Shown piece after piece: positions 17,701 through 26,003 of a DNA stretch of 64,000 nucleotides. Within the stretch, counting starts at the first letter, position 1; each line of letters opens with the position of its first letter. The position numbers and the translations under genes were made by a program. This DNA comes from a virus, in IMG/VR virus record IMGVR_UViG_3300032516_000014, positions 1 to 64,000 of that record. One strand, given 5' to 3'. Under the pieces are notes generated by a model. That model worked only from the letters and a program-made list of their open reading frames with translations, had not been told where the DNA came from and did no database searches.

Positions 17701-20700
17701 GTATTCCCGCCAGGCGGCGCGATGCAAGCGTCGAGCGTATGTAGTCAGTAACTTGTCTTCGGACTCCTTGCGCTTGGCCATGAACGCACCTTCGGCCTTG
17801 CCGGTGGGTTCATCAACAATTTTCCATCCGAGACGATTAAGAGCGCTCTCGAAAACATCAGTCCCGACAGGAAGTGTTCCGCGGGGAACGCCGGGTAGAG
17901 GCTCCCACACAGTCACAACTCTTGTCAGAGCTCCAGTAGCAGGAGAATACCGGGGCTTGCCAACCGATGCCCGCACAAGTTGGTTGTCGGGACCCTGCAA
18001 CAAAACGCTCACGTCTCCGGGTGTCGATTTCGGTATGTTCTTAAAAGACCAGCCGGATTTGTTTCTCCAAGCAGAGCGTTCCATTACTTCTGCTCCCGTT
18101 TCTTTTTGCCCGGGGATGTCCTCGGGTAAAATAGGCAGATCAGCCATTCCAGCGACTCGACTTTTCGTCATGAACGCACCTTCGGCCTTGCCGGGCGTCT
18201 TGTCAAGTTGCTGCGAGGCCCAGTCGTAGATCTCGCGCGCGAAATTCTCGTGGATCGCCGGGTCGGTGTGGAACGACTTCGCGAGCACGTTCTCATCCAC
18301 GTCGGCGGCAGAGGTCGTCTTCAACTCCTTCGACAACTCGCTGCCCTCATACACGGCCAGGTTGTAGATGTTCGCGTGGCTGATCACGTCTGAATTCTTC
18401 CGGAGGAAGTCCATCGTGTGCGCATAGGTCGCCGCGGTCTCCCCCGGCAACCCGATCACGATGTTCGGAATGAACGCGATGCCCAGCCGGCGCATCTGCT
18501 CGGTGGCGGCGTCGATCAACTTCTCGTTCGCCGGTTTGCGCTGACCTTTCAGCACGCTGTCGTTGTAGGACTCGACGCCCAGCTCGATGAACTTGATGCC
18601 GCTCTTGCGCAGGAATTCGTCGCTGAAGGACTTCATTTGCGCCGCCGTCGTCTGAATCACGAAGCCCCCGAAGTCGGGATTCGCAGCCTTCATCTTGGCA
18701 TAGAGCTCGGGCAGTCGCAAGTAACTGTCGTGATGGCCGAAGGTTTTGTCGTTGAGATAAGCCAGCGGCGCATTCAGATCGCCGAAGGCGTCCACTTGCT
18801 GAGTCACTACCTCGGGCGGCGTCCCAACGACCTTTTTCGTGGTCGTGCAGAACTTGCACGCGTGCCGGCACCCCTGCGAGAGATCCAGCCGAGGAACAAC
18901 GGAAGAACCCCGATACAAGCGGTAGTCAAAGCCGCGTTTGTATTCCAGCCCAAGAGATCGAACGTATTCATCGATGGATTCATACCGGGTTGCGCGAGGG
19001 TTGCGCGAGGTGATCTCGCTGGTGTCCGTGTAGCCGCCCAGGACCGTGTGGCCTGGATTTGCGTCCGCGAGCTCCGCGACCTTCGACTTGTTCACGTCGA
19101 GCACCGAGAAGGCCACGTCCTGGTAGCCCGCTGTGGCGAGAAAGCTCTTGGCTTCCGCCATGTCGCGCACCACGTAGAGATCCGCCGCCTCGCCAAGCGC
19201 GTGTGTCAACACTGCGTGCCACTGCGGGACTTCCCAGAAGTCGGGCAGTCGAGCATACCCCTTGCGCTGCGCATACAGCTTGTCGTAATATGCGGATGCA
19301 GCAACATCCAAGGGATTTGGAGGTTTGTTCACGTCGGTTGGGGCATACATCATGTCCTTCGTGAACTGCATCAGCAACACCCGGTTGGAGTTGTCCGACG
19401 CTCCCGACTGGCGAACCCATAGGTTGCCCTTGCCCCGCTCGACCGCGTGCCCATACGTATCCGCAGGCTCCGTAATCTCGCTGCCGCGCGCCTTGGGCAT
19501 GAACGCCGCCGGGGTGAGGCCGGCGGATTCCCCCGGAAGAGCGGGCCGGTCGGGGTTTGTCTCAGAGCTTCCGACCATGCCATCAGGAATGTCGATCGGT
19601 CGCTGCGGAGTCGGCCCGAGTGGTTCAGTTGTCGCAGGGGCATCTTCTACCGTCCAACCCTTCTTGTTTAGCGAGGGCTCGTATGTGGTGCTACGCGCGG
19701 TGAAAGCACCGGGGAAAGATTCCTTGGGTGTGATCTGTCGCACCATACCCAGGCCCAGCACGGAGGCATCCTGGTCCCCGTCGTGCGTGGCTGCGACTCG
19801 TTCCCCGTTCGGCCCCACCAGGGTTACGTCACGCTTCGGCATGAAGCCGGCGCGAGCCAGGTCCGTCGAAGGCATGCGCAGCAAAGACTCAGGCCGCGGC
19901 GTGAGACCGCGGATCTGCTCCAGACTGAGCTCTTGCGTGACTTCGTGCAACTGCCCTTTCGCGTCGAAGCCGGCGTCCACCAGCTCCGCCCGCAGGGGGT
20001 TGGTCTCCATGACCGGCACGTCTTCCGGGACGATGATGCCCTTCTTGGCAAGAGCTTCCTTCTTGAAGACCGGCGCGCCTTTCGCGGGGGTAAGCGGGCG
20101 CCCATGCGCCTCTGCAAGTATCTGTGCCGCCATTCCCGCGGGCATCGGCATACCCGAAGGTCCGGTTCGCTGGGCAACTCGGCCAGTTTTCGGCGGAGCG
20201 AGGCCCATCGAGGCGTTGATGAATTGCGCTTTCCGCGGATCAAGAAGGGTCGGCTTCCAGTTTGGATCTGGCGCCGGGATTACCCCTTGCCAGCCTGCGG
20301 GTGGGTGCATCGCCGTGCCGTCGCCGCCGTAGCCGTGAGCGTGATTGCGCAGGTAAGAGGTTACATCAGCCGCAAAGTCCCTAAATCCAGGCTCCGTGAA
20401 ATGCCCGTCCGACCCTGTTTCATACGGCACAAGACCTGGTGCCTTCTTGCGAGCGGAAAACTCTCCAATCCGTAGCGCATTCGCGAGCAGGATGTCGAGG
20501 TTCATCGACAGCAGGTTTACGTTGTCTCCGCGAACCTTAACGCCATAGAATATCGCTTGATGTCGGAGCGTCCGCAAGAGTTCAACCGGATAGGTCCCGT
20601 CCGCCTTGCGCTGCAATTCGACTTCAAGACGCTCCGCCCTGCGGATGTATCTTGCCACGTTTTCACCAACCGTTTCGGGCCGGGCATAGTCGAGCTCCAC

Positions 20701-23175
20701 TGGAGTAACATCGCCATGTTCCCGTTGCAGCAATTCCCAAACCTGGTCCATCACTGCCTTGGCGTTGTCGTCGTATTTCGGGGAAGCTTGCGTGCGGCGG
20801 CGCGCTTCGGAAAGCCCTTCGATGTCTTTCGCCTGGGCGACGAATTCTTTGGTGCCTACGCCTGGCGGGCGCATGAGCGAAGCCTGCGCGCCTGTCGTTG
20901 CCGCTCGAATCGGCACCGCTCCAGGCACCCCGGGGGCTGGACGAAGAACGGGCTGGATCTCCAAAGCTTTCAACCTCTCCGCCAGCACGGGAGTTTCCAG
21001 AGAACGAAAAACAGGTTCGGCAAGCTGTCGCCCTGTAAAAGAGGGCGTCAAACCGCCGTGGCGGCCGGTGATAAAAGTTTTCGGATCGAGAGTTGGGCGA
21101 ACTATGCCTGCCTTTTCAAATAGCGAGCCCAGAGCTGTAAACGCGGAGTTTAGCACTCCGGGTGGCGCGCCGTTCAAAGACCGCCCACGTAGAATGGCGC
21201 CCAGGGTCTCCGCAGAAGCTTCGTCCAGAATGTTGCCGGTCGCACCTTTGCCCCCGTAAAGCTCTTCAAGCGCGGGGCGGATCGGGTTGACGTGCGTAGC
21301 CAGATCTGCCCGATACTTTTCCCAGGCAGGCCGATCTGTCTCCCGAAGCAGCCAGTCGAGCACGTGCCCGGGCTCATGATAAACTGCGGCGTCCCCACCA
21401 TTCAACAACATGACTTTCCGTGGTCCCCGGCCTTCCGTCGGATCAAGCCGGACGGTGAAGCCACGCTGCCCCCGGGCTTCAGCAATCAGTTGCTCCGGCG
21501 TGAAGTCCGGGTGTTCGCGTTGAACTTCAGCCAACACCCGCGGATCTTGGGCAAACTGGTCCACAGGCAGCAAGTAAAGCTCAGCCTTGCCGCGGAAGTA
21601 TTCCCGCACCCGATTGATCAAACCTGCTGTGGGGGAATCGTTCCTGCGCAACGCTTCAATCGCCTGCGTGTGGGCCTGATCGAGGTTGGGTTCGATGTTG
21701 AAAGCCGGTGAACGCACCGGGTCACGCGCGACTTCCTGATACCGCGCCTGGTAAGCCCTTGCGACGCCTTCGTGCGCAGCAGAAACGGCTTGACGTGTTG
21801 CTCCCCCGAAGCCACCAAAGAAAGCCATCGTGCCGATGAGCTGCCCCGCCTCCATGTCAGTATGCGCCCCCAGGGCAAACGGCGCGCTCGCAAGACCGCC
21901 TTCGATTGCGCCAGCCACCGCCGGGGTTGCAAGTTTTGCGATCGGCAACGCGTTCTCAGCCAGGGCTGCTCCGCCGCGCTTCAAACCCCACTCCGTCCCC
22001 TTTGTCACAGCATGCGCAACTTTGCCGGCGACCCAGCCCCCCGGACCCGCCGTGACTGCCCCGCCGAGCGGAGCTTCTTTTCCGACCCAACCCACCACAG
22101 GAGCCGCCGCTTTTTCTGCGGCCCATCCCGCACCTTTGAAAAGCTTCGCCAGGGAAAATTCTGTTGCGATGCCGATGGTCTTTCCTCCAAGACCGATCAC
22201 CTCGAACAGCTTGCCTCCGCCCATCGGAATGAACGTCATCGGCCCGTTGAAGAGCGACTTGTCTGCGATCGCTTCTGGATCGAGGGTAACACCGGCGGCC
22301 TGCAATCGCTCCGGGGTAACGCCTGCCAAGGAAGATACGACCCCACCTCCCTGCGCAACGTTTGTGTGCCGACGAAAACTTTCTGCGTCGGCGTCGAGGT
22401 CCTCACGCAACCGCAGACGGCGAGCCTCGGGATTCTCCTCCACCTTCGCCCGTTGGCCAGTCACCTCACCGGGAACACCGGGCACCCCCGGCACCGGGGC
22501 CGCTCGATACACCCGGCCCGCCGTCCGGGAAACAAGAGTAGCCAGATCCCGAGCTTGCAGAATTCCTTCGTCGATTGACGCTACGCTTTCGCCCGCAATC
22601 TTCGCCGCTGCCGCCAGCGTTGAATCCCGCACTTCCATGTTGTTTTCCAACATGTCTTTCGCGAAGGCCCAGGCTAGTTTCGCTTCACCCGCGGCGGCCC
22701 CCGCGACCGCGCGCACCCCACTCTTGCCCGTTTCCCACAAGCCTCGGCCGATCGCTTTTGCGGTGCGCCCCACTTCCCACGGCCGCGCGTCTTGTGCATC
22801 GTAAATCTCGTAAAGCTTCTCGCGCAAATCAGGCGGCAAGTCTTTTCCGTATTGGCCCAGCATCGCCACTGGTGAAAACGCGTCATCCGCCGCTAGTTCT
22901 TGCGGCGTGCGCTCCATCAGTTTCCCGATGTCTGGATTTTGAGGAGCCTGGGAAAACTCCGCAGTGCTTGGTCCTATTGAAGGGATATGCACCGCCCTTG
23001 GGGCAGCCTGAAACTCGTCAAGGGTAGGCGCAGCCGGTGTCACCGGAGCGGCGGCTTGAAACTCGGCGAGATCCGGCACTGGCGCAGCGGCGTTGAATTC
23101 TTCCACCGAAGGCGGGAGAAAAATTCCCGAAGCCGTAGCCTTTTGAATCGGCGACTCTTTGAGTTCGACAGGCAT
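14749..23175 (-). CDS. Giant (2808 aa) polyvalent protein, probable internal virion/ejection protein; HExxH peptidase motif, radical SAM and HhH-like modules separated by xFMPK linkers
   Basis: Follows the GNAT and two ejection-like genes; HEPGH at 21364-21378; CRHACKFC at 18847-18870; eight FMPK-like motifs. Confidence 0.85.
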   Translation of the reverse strand: MPVELKESPIQKATASGIFLPPSVEEFNAAAPVPDLAEFQAAAPVTPAAPTLDEFQAAPRAVHIPSIGPSTAEFSQAPQNPDIGKLMERTPQELAADDAFSPVAMLGQYGKDLPPDLREKLYEIYDAQDARPWEVGRTAKAIGRGLWETGKSGVRAVAGAAAGEAKLAWAFAKDMLENNMEVRDSTLAAAAKIAGESVASIDEGILQARDLATLVSRTAGRVYRAAPVPGVPGVPGEVTGQRAKVEENPEARRLRLREDLDADAESFRRHTNVAQGGGVVSSLAGVTPERLQAAGVTLDPEAIADKSLFNGPMTFIPMGGGKLFEVIGLGGKTIGIATEFSLAKLFKGAGWAAEKAAAPVVGWVGKEAPLGGAVTAGPGGWVAGKVAHAVTKGTEWGLKRGGAALAENALPIAKLATPAVAGAIEGGLASAPFALGAHTDMEAGQLIGTMAFFGGFGGATRQAVSAAHEGVARAYQARYQEVARDPVRSPAFNIEPNLDQAHTQAIEALRRNDSPTAGLINRVREYFRGKAELYLLPVDQFAQDPRVLAEVQREHPDFTPEQLIAEARGQRGFTVRLDPTEGRGPRKVMLLNGGDAAVYHEPGHVLDWLLRETDRPAWEKYRADLATHVNPIRPALEELYGGKGATGNILDEASAETLGAILRGRSLNGAPPGVLNSAFTALGSLFEKAGIVRPTLDPKTFITGRHGGLTPSFTGRQLAEPVFRSLETPVLAERLKALEIQPVLRPAPGVPGAVPIRAATTGAQASLMRPPGVGTKEFVAQAKDIEGLSEARRRTQASPKYDDNAKAVMDQVWELLQREHGDVTPVELDYARPETVGENVARYIRRAERLEVELQRKADGTYPVELLRTLRHQAIFYGVKVRGDNVNLLSMNLDILLANALRIGEFSARKKAPGLVPYETGSDGHFTEPGFRDFAADVTSYLRNHAHGYGGDGTAMHPPAGWQGVIPAPDPNWKPTLLDPRKAQFINASMGLAPPKTGRVAQRTGPSGMPMPAGMAAQILAEAHGRPLTPAKGAPVFKKEALAKKGIIVPEDVPVMETNPLRAELVDAGFDAKGQLHEVTQELSLEQIRGLTPRPESLLRMPSTDLARAGFMPKRDVTLVGPNGERVAATHDGDQDASVLGLGMVRQITPKESFPGAFTARSTTYEPSLNKKGWTVEDAPATTEPLGPTPQRPIDIPDGMVGSSETNPDRPALPGESAGLTPAAFMPKARGSEITEPADTYGHAVERGKGNLWVRQSGASDNSNRVLLMQFTKDMMYAPTDVNKPPNPLDVAASAYYDKLYAQRKGYARLPDFWEVPQWHAVLTHALGEAADLYVVRDMAEAKSFLATAGYQDVAFSVLDVNKSKVAELADANPGHTVLGGYTDTSEITSRNPRATRYESIDEYVRSLGLEYKRGFDYRLYRGSSVVPRLDLSQGCRHACKFCTTTKKVVGTPPEVVTQQVDAFGDLNAPLAYLNDKTFGHHDSYLRLPELYAKMKAANPDFGGFVIQTTAAQMKSFSDEFLRKSGIKFIELGVESYNDSVLKGQRKPANEKLIDAATEQMRRLGIAFIPNIVIGLPGETAATYAHTMDFLRKNSDVISHANIYNLAVYEGSELSKELKTTSAADVDENVLAKSFHTDPAIHENFAREIYDWASQQLDKTPGKAEGAFMTKSRVAGMADLPILPEDIPGQKETGAEVMERSAWRNKSGWSFKNIPKSTPGDVSVLLQGPDNQLVRASVGKPRYSPATGALTRVVTVWEPLPGVPRGTLPVGTDVFESALNRLGWKIVDEPTGKAEGAFMAKRKESEDKLLTTYARRLHRAAWREYGDTEKWKETGYLLPDGTQLDFTGKGPDAPPGDYKRTIDHSSIAEAVGENMLTPFIAAASKKAGAGKLGYSGETSGLTAFVNSGAIRIMPELPGAEISSNKEPSEAQYRKLESFFADPSLKNEWGEVAVDLVDQNGYARDSRVYPAVTNPTVIINDIKEFYRAGHLPSRTSSRVAQFHGAFMPQAFEKSKEVADELAKVREGTSSGQTFTGAGKVWDRKDQKVDIVTVASENVLTKALTPAAVQKVADRYEDVLAIPGTAMGVFKMDDPTQTSIDVNALPDQKHRDNTIAFGKFNQQQAIYDTVPTEKDPYGHSIPVGGTGKTVLTSPAQIAKAVQALLKGENAIPAELPKPPEAAMMAKRGRREEPEKLETSGWIDPDGKFRSIQGSMHEDWLARNSAKLNAEYGTDFANVPDIAEREKAIREGFIRVRYEPRTGTLAIEASENAWTTDAKDKIFQLVRENLDDIDHMRVNILNGKMKIVDGGAANLVEYEGIDKLDHLPLISDTGAQRAAFMPKPKKGDAEQAEFGAEVTETDPQAFARDYARRVTQERVEFHPESVPVLFKRTPEGEYIINAKGKPLVNMVKYTFDDSPLSRQAAKGIRGESARQDAQTTAFAKKIAEEARAIADPDVLAGKSWYQETVRLIKEHFKTDAEVTSFAQLLAATSARTDVAQNFKYALEAYNLWKEGKFDDAIASYKKAYAKLETGGLLRQWQRENNSTIVPSDAALKEWWIESRELSLVRENEKQFGQNSDQVLRVLSGTWAEEVQGLKTQQFAKNLAGTDHGATIDVWASRTMKRLGWDGLTKSPWRLLPRSEGGITDPAFLFAQEAFAKAAKELHMQPDDLQALMWFQEKKLWGERGWTRGAGEELASFEEPLKKLQRNEETGRLEIRAAPTEQPLDLGLDLGDINSANFMPKRASQNEKMMSQGMPDAELQRLVTDDRFRRVDKNWHRVLVDEWERRQRLAGAVKPATQSAEKAEIRPK
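17779..18194. repeat. Exact 26-bp direct repeat CATGAACGCACCTTCGGCCTTGCCGG at 17779-17804 and 18169-18194
   Basis: Read directly; 390 bp apart, in frame; encodes GKAEGAFM on the minus strand. Confidence 0.95.
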
Positions 23176-23176
23176 C

Positions 23177-24559
23177 TTAAAAAGTGGGTCGAATAATCAT
23201 CGGCGCTGGGGGCGCATTCTGAATAGGCGCCGGCCCGGCATAAGGAATCACTTTGGTCGGGTCAGCAGGATCAAGCATCCACCACCCTGCGCGGCCTGGG
23301 ATCTGCCGGACATCCGCGCCCGTCGGCGGAGCTCCAGCCGGCGCAGCGGGCGTCTCCGATAGAGAAGTCGCAACGCTGCCTTTTTTGAGGTATTCCTTCA
23401 ACCAACCCTGATACTTGTCGTTGGTGTAGTGCGCAACCTCTGCGTTCATTGCCCCGTATTGCAATCCGGGATTGCTCTCCAGCCGGGATTGCGCGGTCTT
23501 CAAAGCAGGCCCCGCACTTGCGAGTCCAATGTCACGAATGCGCCGGGCAACTCCAAGCACGTCGGTTCGTTGTGCAGGGGACAACTTCTTTTCCAAGCCG
23601 AATGCCTGATTGTAATACTGCTTCAACTTACCAGAAATGCTATTGATCTCTTCGGGATCGACCCCCTGCATCCGGCCCGCCATCTTCGCGGCCCACATCG
23701 CACTGAGATCTTTCGAGAGGCCCTGGTCCCCGACCACGGAAGCGTCACCTTCTTTGTCCGGCACAGCCGCGTCGTGCACGTTGGCTTTCTGCACGTATTG
23801 AAAGATGCTCTTGAACTTGTCGTCGAGCACTTTGAATTCTTTGACTTCGTCTGCACTCTCAACGCTTGCGGCCACTTTGTCAGCTTGTTCCAGCGCAAAC
23901 TTTCCCGCCTCCGGGTGCATGCGATAATAAAGGGCCATCGACGCATTGGCATTCTGAGACGGGTCCGACAATCCCATCGCCGCCAAGCCTCGAATAAACT
24001 CCCGCTTACCCAGCGTAGTCATGCCCGACTTGTTCAGGAAGTCGTCCCACTGTTCAACTGTCTTTGGCAGCGGGGCCTGATACCCCTTCACGCCGTAAAA
24101 CGATTGCTTCGTCTCCAGCTCGGCTTTCTTTTGCACCAGTTCTTCAGGCGTCAAATTCGCCAGGGGCAGCGCTTGATTCAACGCCGTTGCCGTGTTGACT
24201 TGGCTTTGAGCGATGCCTGTGTTCAACGCCTGGCGCTGGGCTTCCGTTGCCAAGGGCTGCAACTGGATTTGTGACGTAAGCTGGGCATTCTCCGCTTGCA
24301 ATTTCTTGAACGCAGTGGCGCGTTCCGGGGCGGAAAGCTCGTTGATGTCTGCGACACGCTTATTCGCTTCAGCCGCCGCTTGCTTGCGCTGCGCCGGCTT
24401 CACCTGGATCTCGTCCAGCAAGTTGCTCATGTCGGCCACGCCTTTGGCGTGTGCCTGCATGGACGCCTGCATGACCTGGTTCAGCGCCGACATCGGATCG
24501 CGCGGCACAGCCAACTCTTCGAGGTTGGGCTGCAATGGAACATACACGTTGGCTGCCAT
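23177..24559 (-). CDS. Probable internal virion (ejection) protein
   Basis: Ala/Gln-rich helical 460-aa ORF directly upstream of the giant protein. Confidence 0.6.
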   Translation of the reverse strand: MAANVYVPLQPNLEELAVPRDPMSALNQVMQASMQAHAKGVADMSNLLDEIQVKPAQRKQAAAEANKRVADINELSAPERATAFKKLQAENAQLTSQIQLQPLATEAQRQALNTGIAQSQVNTATALNQALPLANLTPEELVQKKAELETKQSFYGVKGYQAPLPKTVEQWDDFLNKSGMTTLGKREFIRGLAAMGLSDPSQNANASMALYYRMHPEAGKFALEQADKVAASVESADEVKEFKVLDDKFKSIFQYVQKANVHDAAVPDKEGDASVVGDQGLSKDLSAMWAAKMAGRMQGVDPEEINSISGKLKQYYNQAFGLEKKLSPAQRTDVLGVARRIRDIGLASAGPALKTAQSRLESNPGLQYGAMNAEVAHYTNDKYQGWLKEYLKKGSVATSLSETPAAPAGAPPTGADVRQIPGRAGWWMLDPADPTKVIPYAGPAPIQNAPPAPMIIRPTF

Positions 24560-24562
24560 AAA

Positions 24563-25528
24563 TTACTGTCCTGGATTGCTGAATTGCGACTTGTAATAAG
24601 TCAGGTCCGAATTGCTTAGGTTTGGCGTCCCTCCCGAGCCACCGCCGCCCATCCCGCCTATCGCGTTCCCCAGGAAATTCGTCGCTGCTCCGATTTCCTT
24701 GCCCGTGGTTTCGGCGTTCATGAGTTTGTTGCCCGCCGCGGCGTTTGCAAGATCCATCATCTGCTGATTCTTCATCTGAATCTGCTTCAGATGCAAGTTG
24801 ACCACGTCGCCGCCGGCCAACCCGATGCCCGGCATCGCGGTTTCTCCGAGCCTAGAGGCCAGCCCTGCCCGGTCAGCCCGCGCATTCTGAACCTGCACGA
24901 GGGATGAAGTCAGATTGCCGAGAATCTGCGCTCGGGCGGAGTCCATGTTCGTCACCAGGCCCAGCTCGCTCTGCGCTGTCGCCTGGCGCTGCTGCTTCAA
25001 AGCTTCGCCCTGCACGCCGATCAATTCCCGCATGCGCACTCCGACCGGTCCCTCTGCCGTCGGCCGAACACCACTGCCCGTCGAAAGTCCCGCGCGCACA
25101 AGCTCCGCCTCGTATTCCGGGGACAACGTCGCGCCCAGGTCCAGGTTCTCCTTGGCCTTGTCCAGCAACAAGTCCCGAACTGCATTGCGCTTTGTATCCG
25201 CCGGCACGTTCTCCTTGACCATCTGCGCCAGCACCGAGTCTTCTTGATTCTTGTGCAGGTCGTCCTGCAAGATGTCTGCCAAAGCACTGGCGCCCGTCTC
25301 CCGGAGCTGGGCCAGCAACGGATCGTATTTCTTCTGCGCCGCAATGCTCCCTTTGAAGCGATCGAGGTCCGCCTGTTTCGCTTCTGCTTTTGCCGTGCCG
25401 GTGTCAAGAGAGGTCTGTTTCTCGACCGATTGCTTGATGATCTTGTAGGCCTTGTTTTGGGCATGCCTGTTCATCTCGGACGACACTATCGTCCCCACCA
25501 TGCCGATCATACTTCCTGCCATGCTCAT
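24563..25528 (-). CDS. Probable DNA-transfer/pilot ejection protein
   Basis: Gly-rich hydrophobic N-terminus, helical core and Gly-rich C-terminus; position after the GNAT gene. Confidence 0.6.
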   Translation of the reverse strand: MSMAGSMIGMVGTIVSSEMNRHAQNKAYKIIKQSVEKQTSLDTGTAKAEAKQADLDRFKGSIAAQKKYDPLLAQLRETGASALADILQDDLHKNQEDSVLAQMVKENVPADTKRNAVRDLLLDKAKENLDLGATLSPEYEAELVRAGLSTGSGVRPTAEGPVGVRMRELIGVQGEALKQQRQATAQSELGLVTNMDSARAQILGNLTSSLVQVQNARADRAGLASRLGETAMPGIGLAGGDVVNLHLKQIQMKNQQMMDLANAAAGNKLMNAETTGKEIGAATNFLGNAIGGMGGGGSGGTPNLSNSDLTYYKSQFSNPGQ

Positions 25529-25968
25529 AAGGCTCCTGTCTGTTTTAGAAAGGTCAGTTCCGTCATCCGAAACCCCTTCTTCAAGTAAATCTGGGCGACG
25601 CTGCGGCCCGGCTGATTCATCATGCAGCCGGCGCTAATCAACTTCACGTCCCGACGCGCAGCTTCCGTAAACAACGCGTTCAACAACTCGGCGCCGTGCC
25701 CCCGGTATTTGGGCCGGACATACCAGTGCACCACCGTCAGGATTTGCTGGCCCGTCATGATCTCCCGAGTCGCGGTCGCGCACAGCATGCCCTCGACAAA
25801 ATCAATTTCCAGCAAGAACACTGCGGCGGCCAAGGAATCAAATGCCGCAGCCCACCACGAGCAGTAGTGCGCTGCGCTAAACTCCCCGGGGAAGCCTCCT
25901 TCGGGAAAAGCCTCCCCCGCCAGCACCGCCATCTGCGGTATGTCCGCCGTTGTCGCGCGTCTGATCAC
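25525..25968 (-). CDS. GNAT-family acetyltransferase-fold protein (podovirus virion assembly type)
   Basis: MIRRATTADIP, WYVRPKYRGHG, YLKKGF. Confidence 0.85.
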   Translation of the reverse strand: MIRRATTADIPQMAVLAGEAFPEGGFPGEFSAAHYCSWWAAAFDSLAAAVFLLEIDFVEGMLCATATREIMTGQQILTVVHWYVRPKYRGHGAELLNALFTEAARRDVKLISAGCMMNQPGRSVAQIYLKKGFRMTELTFLKQTGAL

Positions 25969-26003
25969 ACCTTTATATTGCCTCTTTCCACGATTTAGTC
26001 CAG

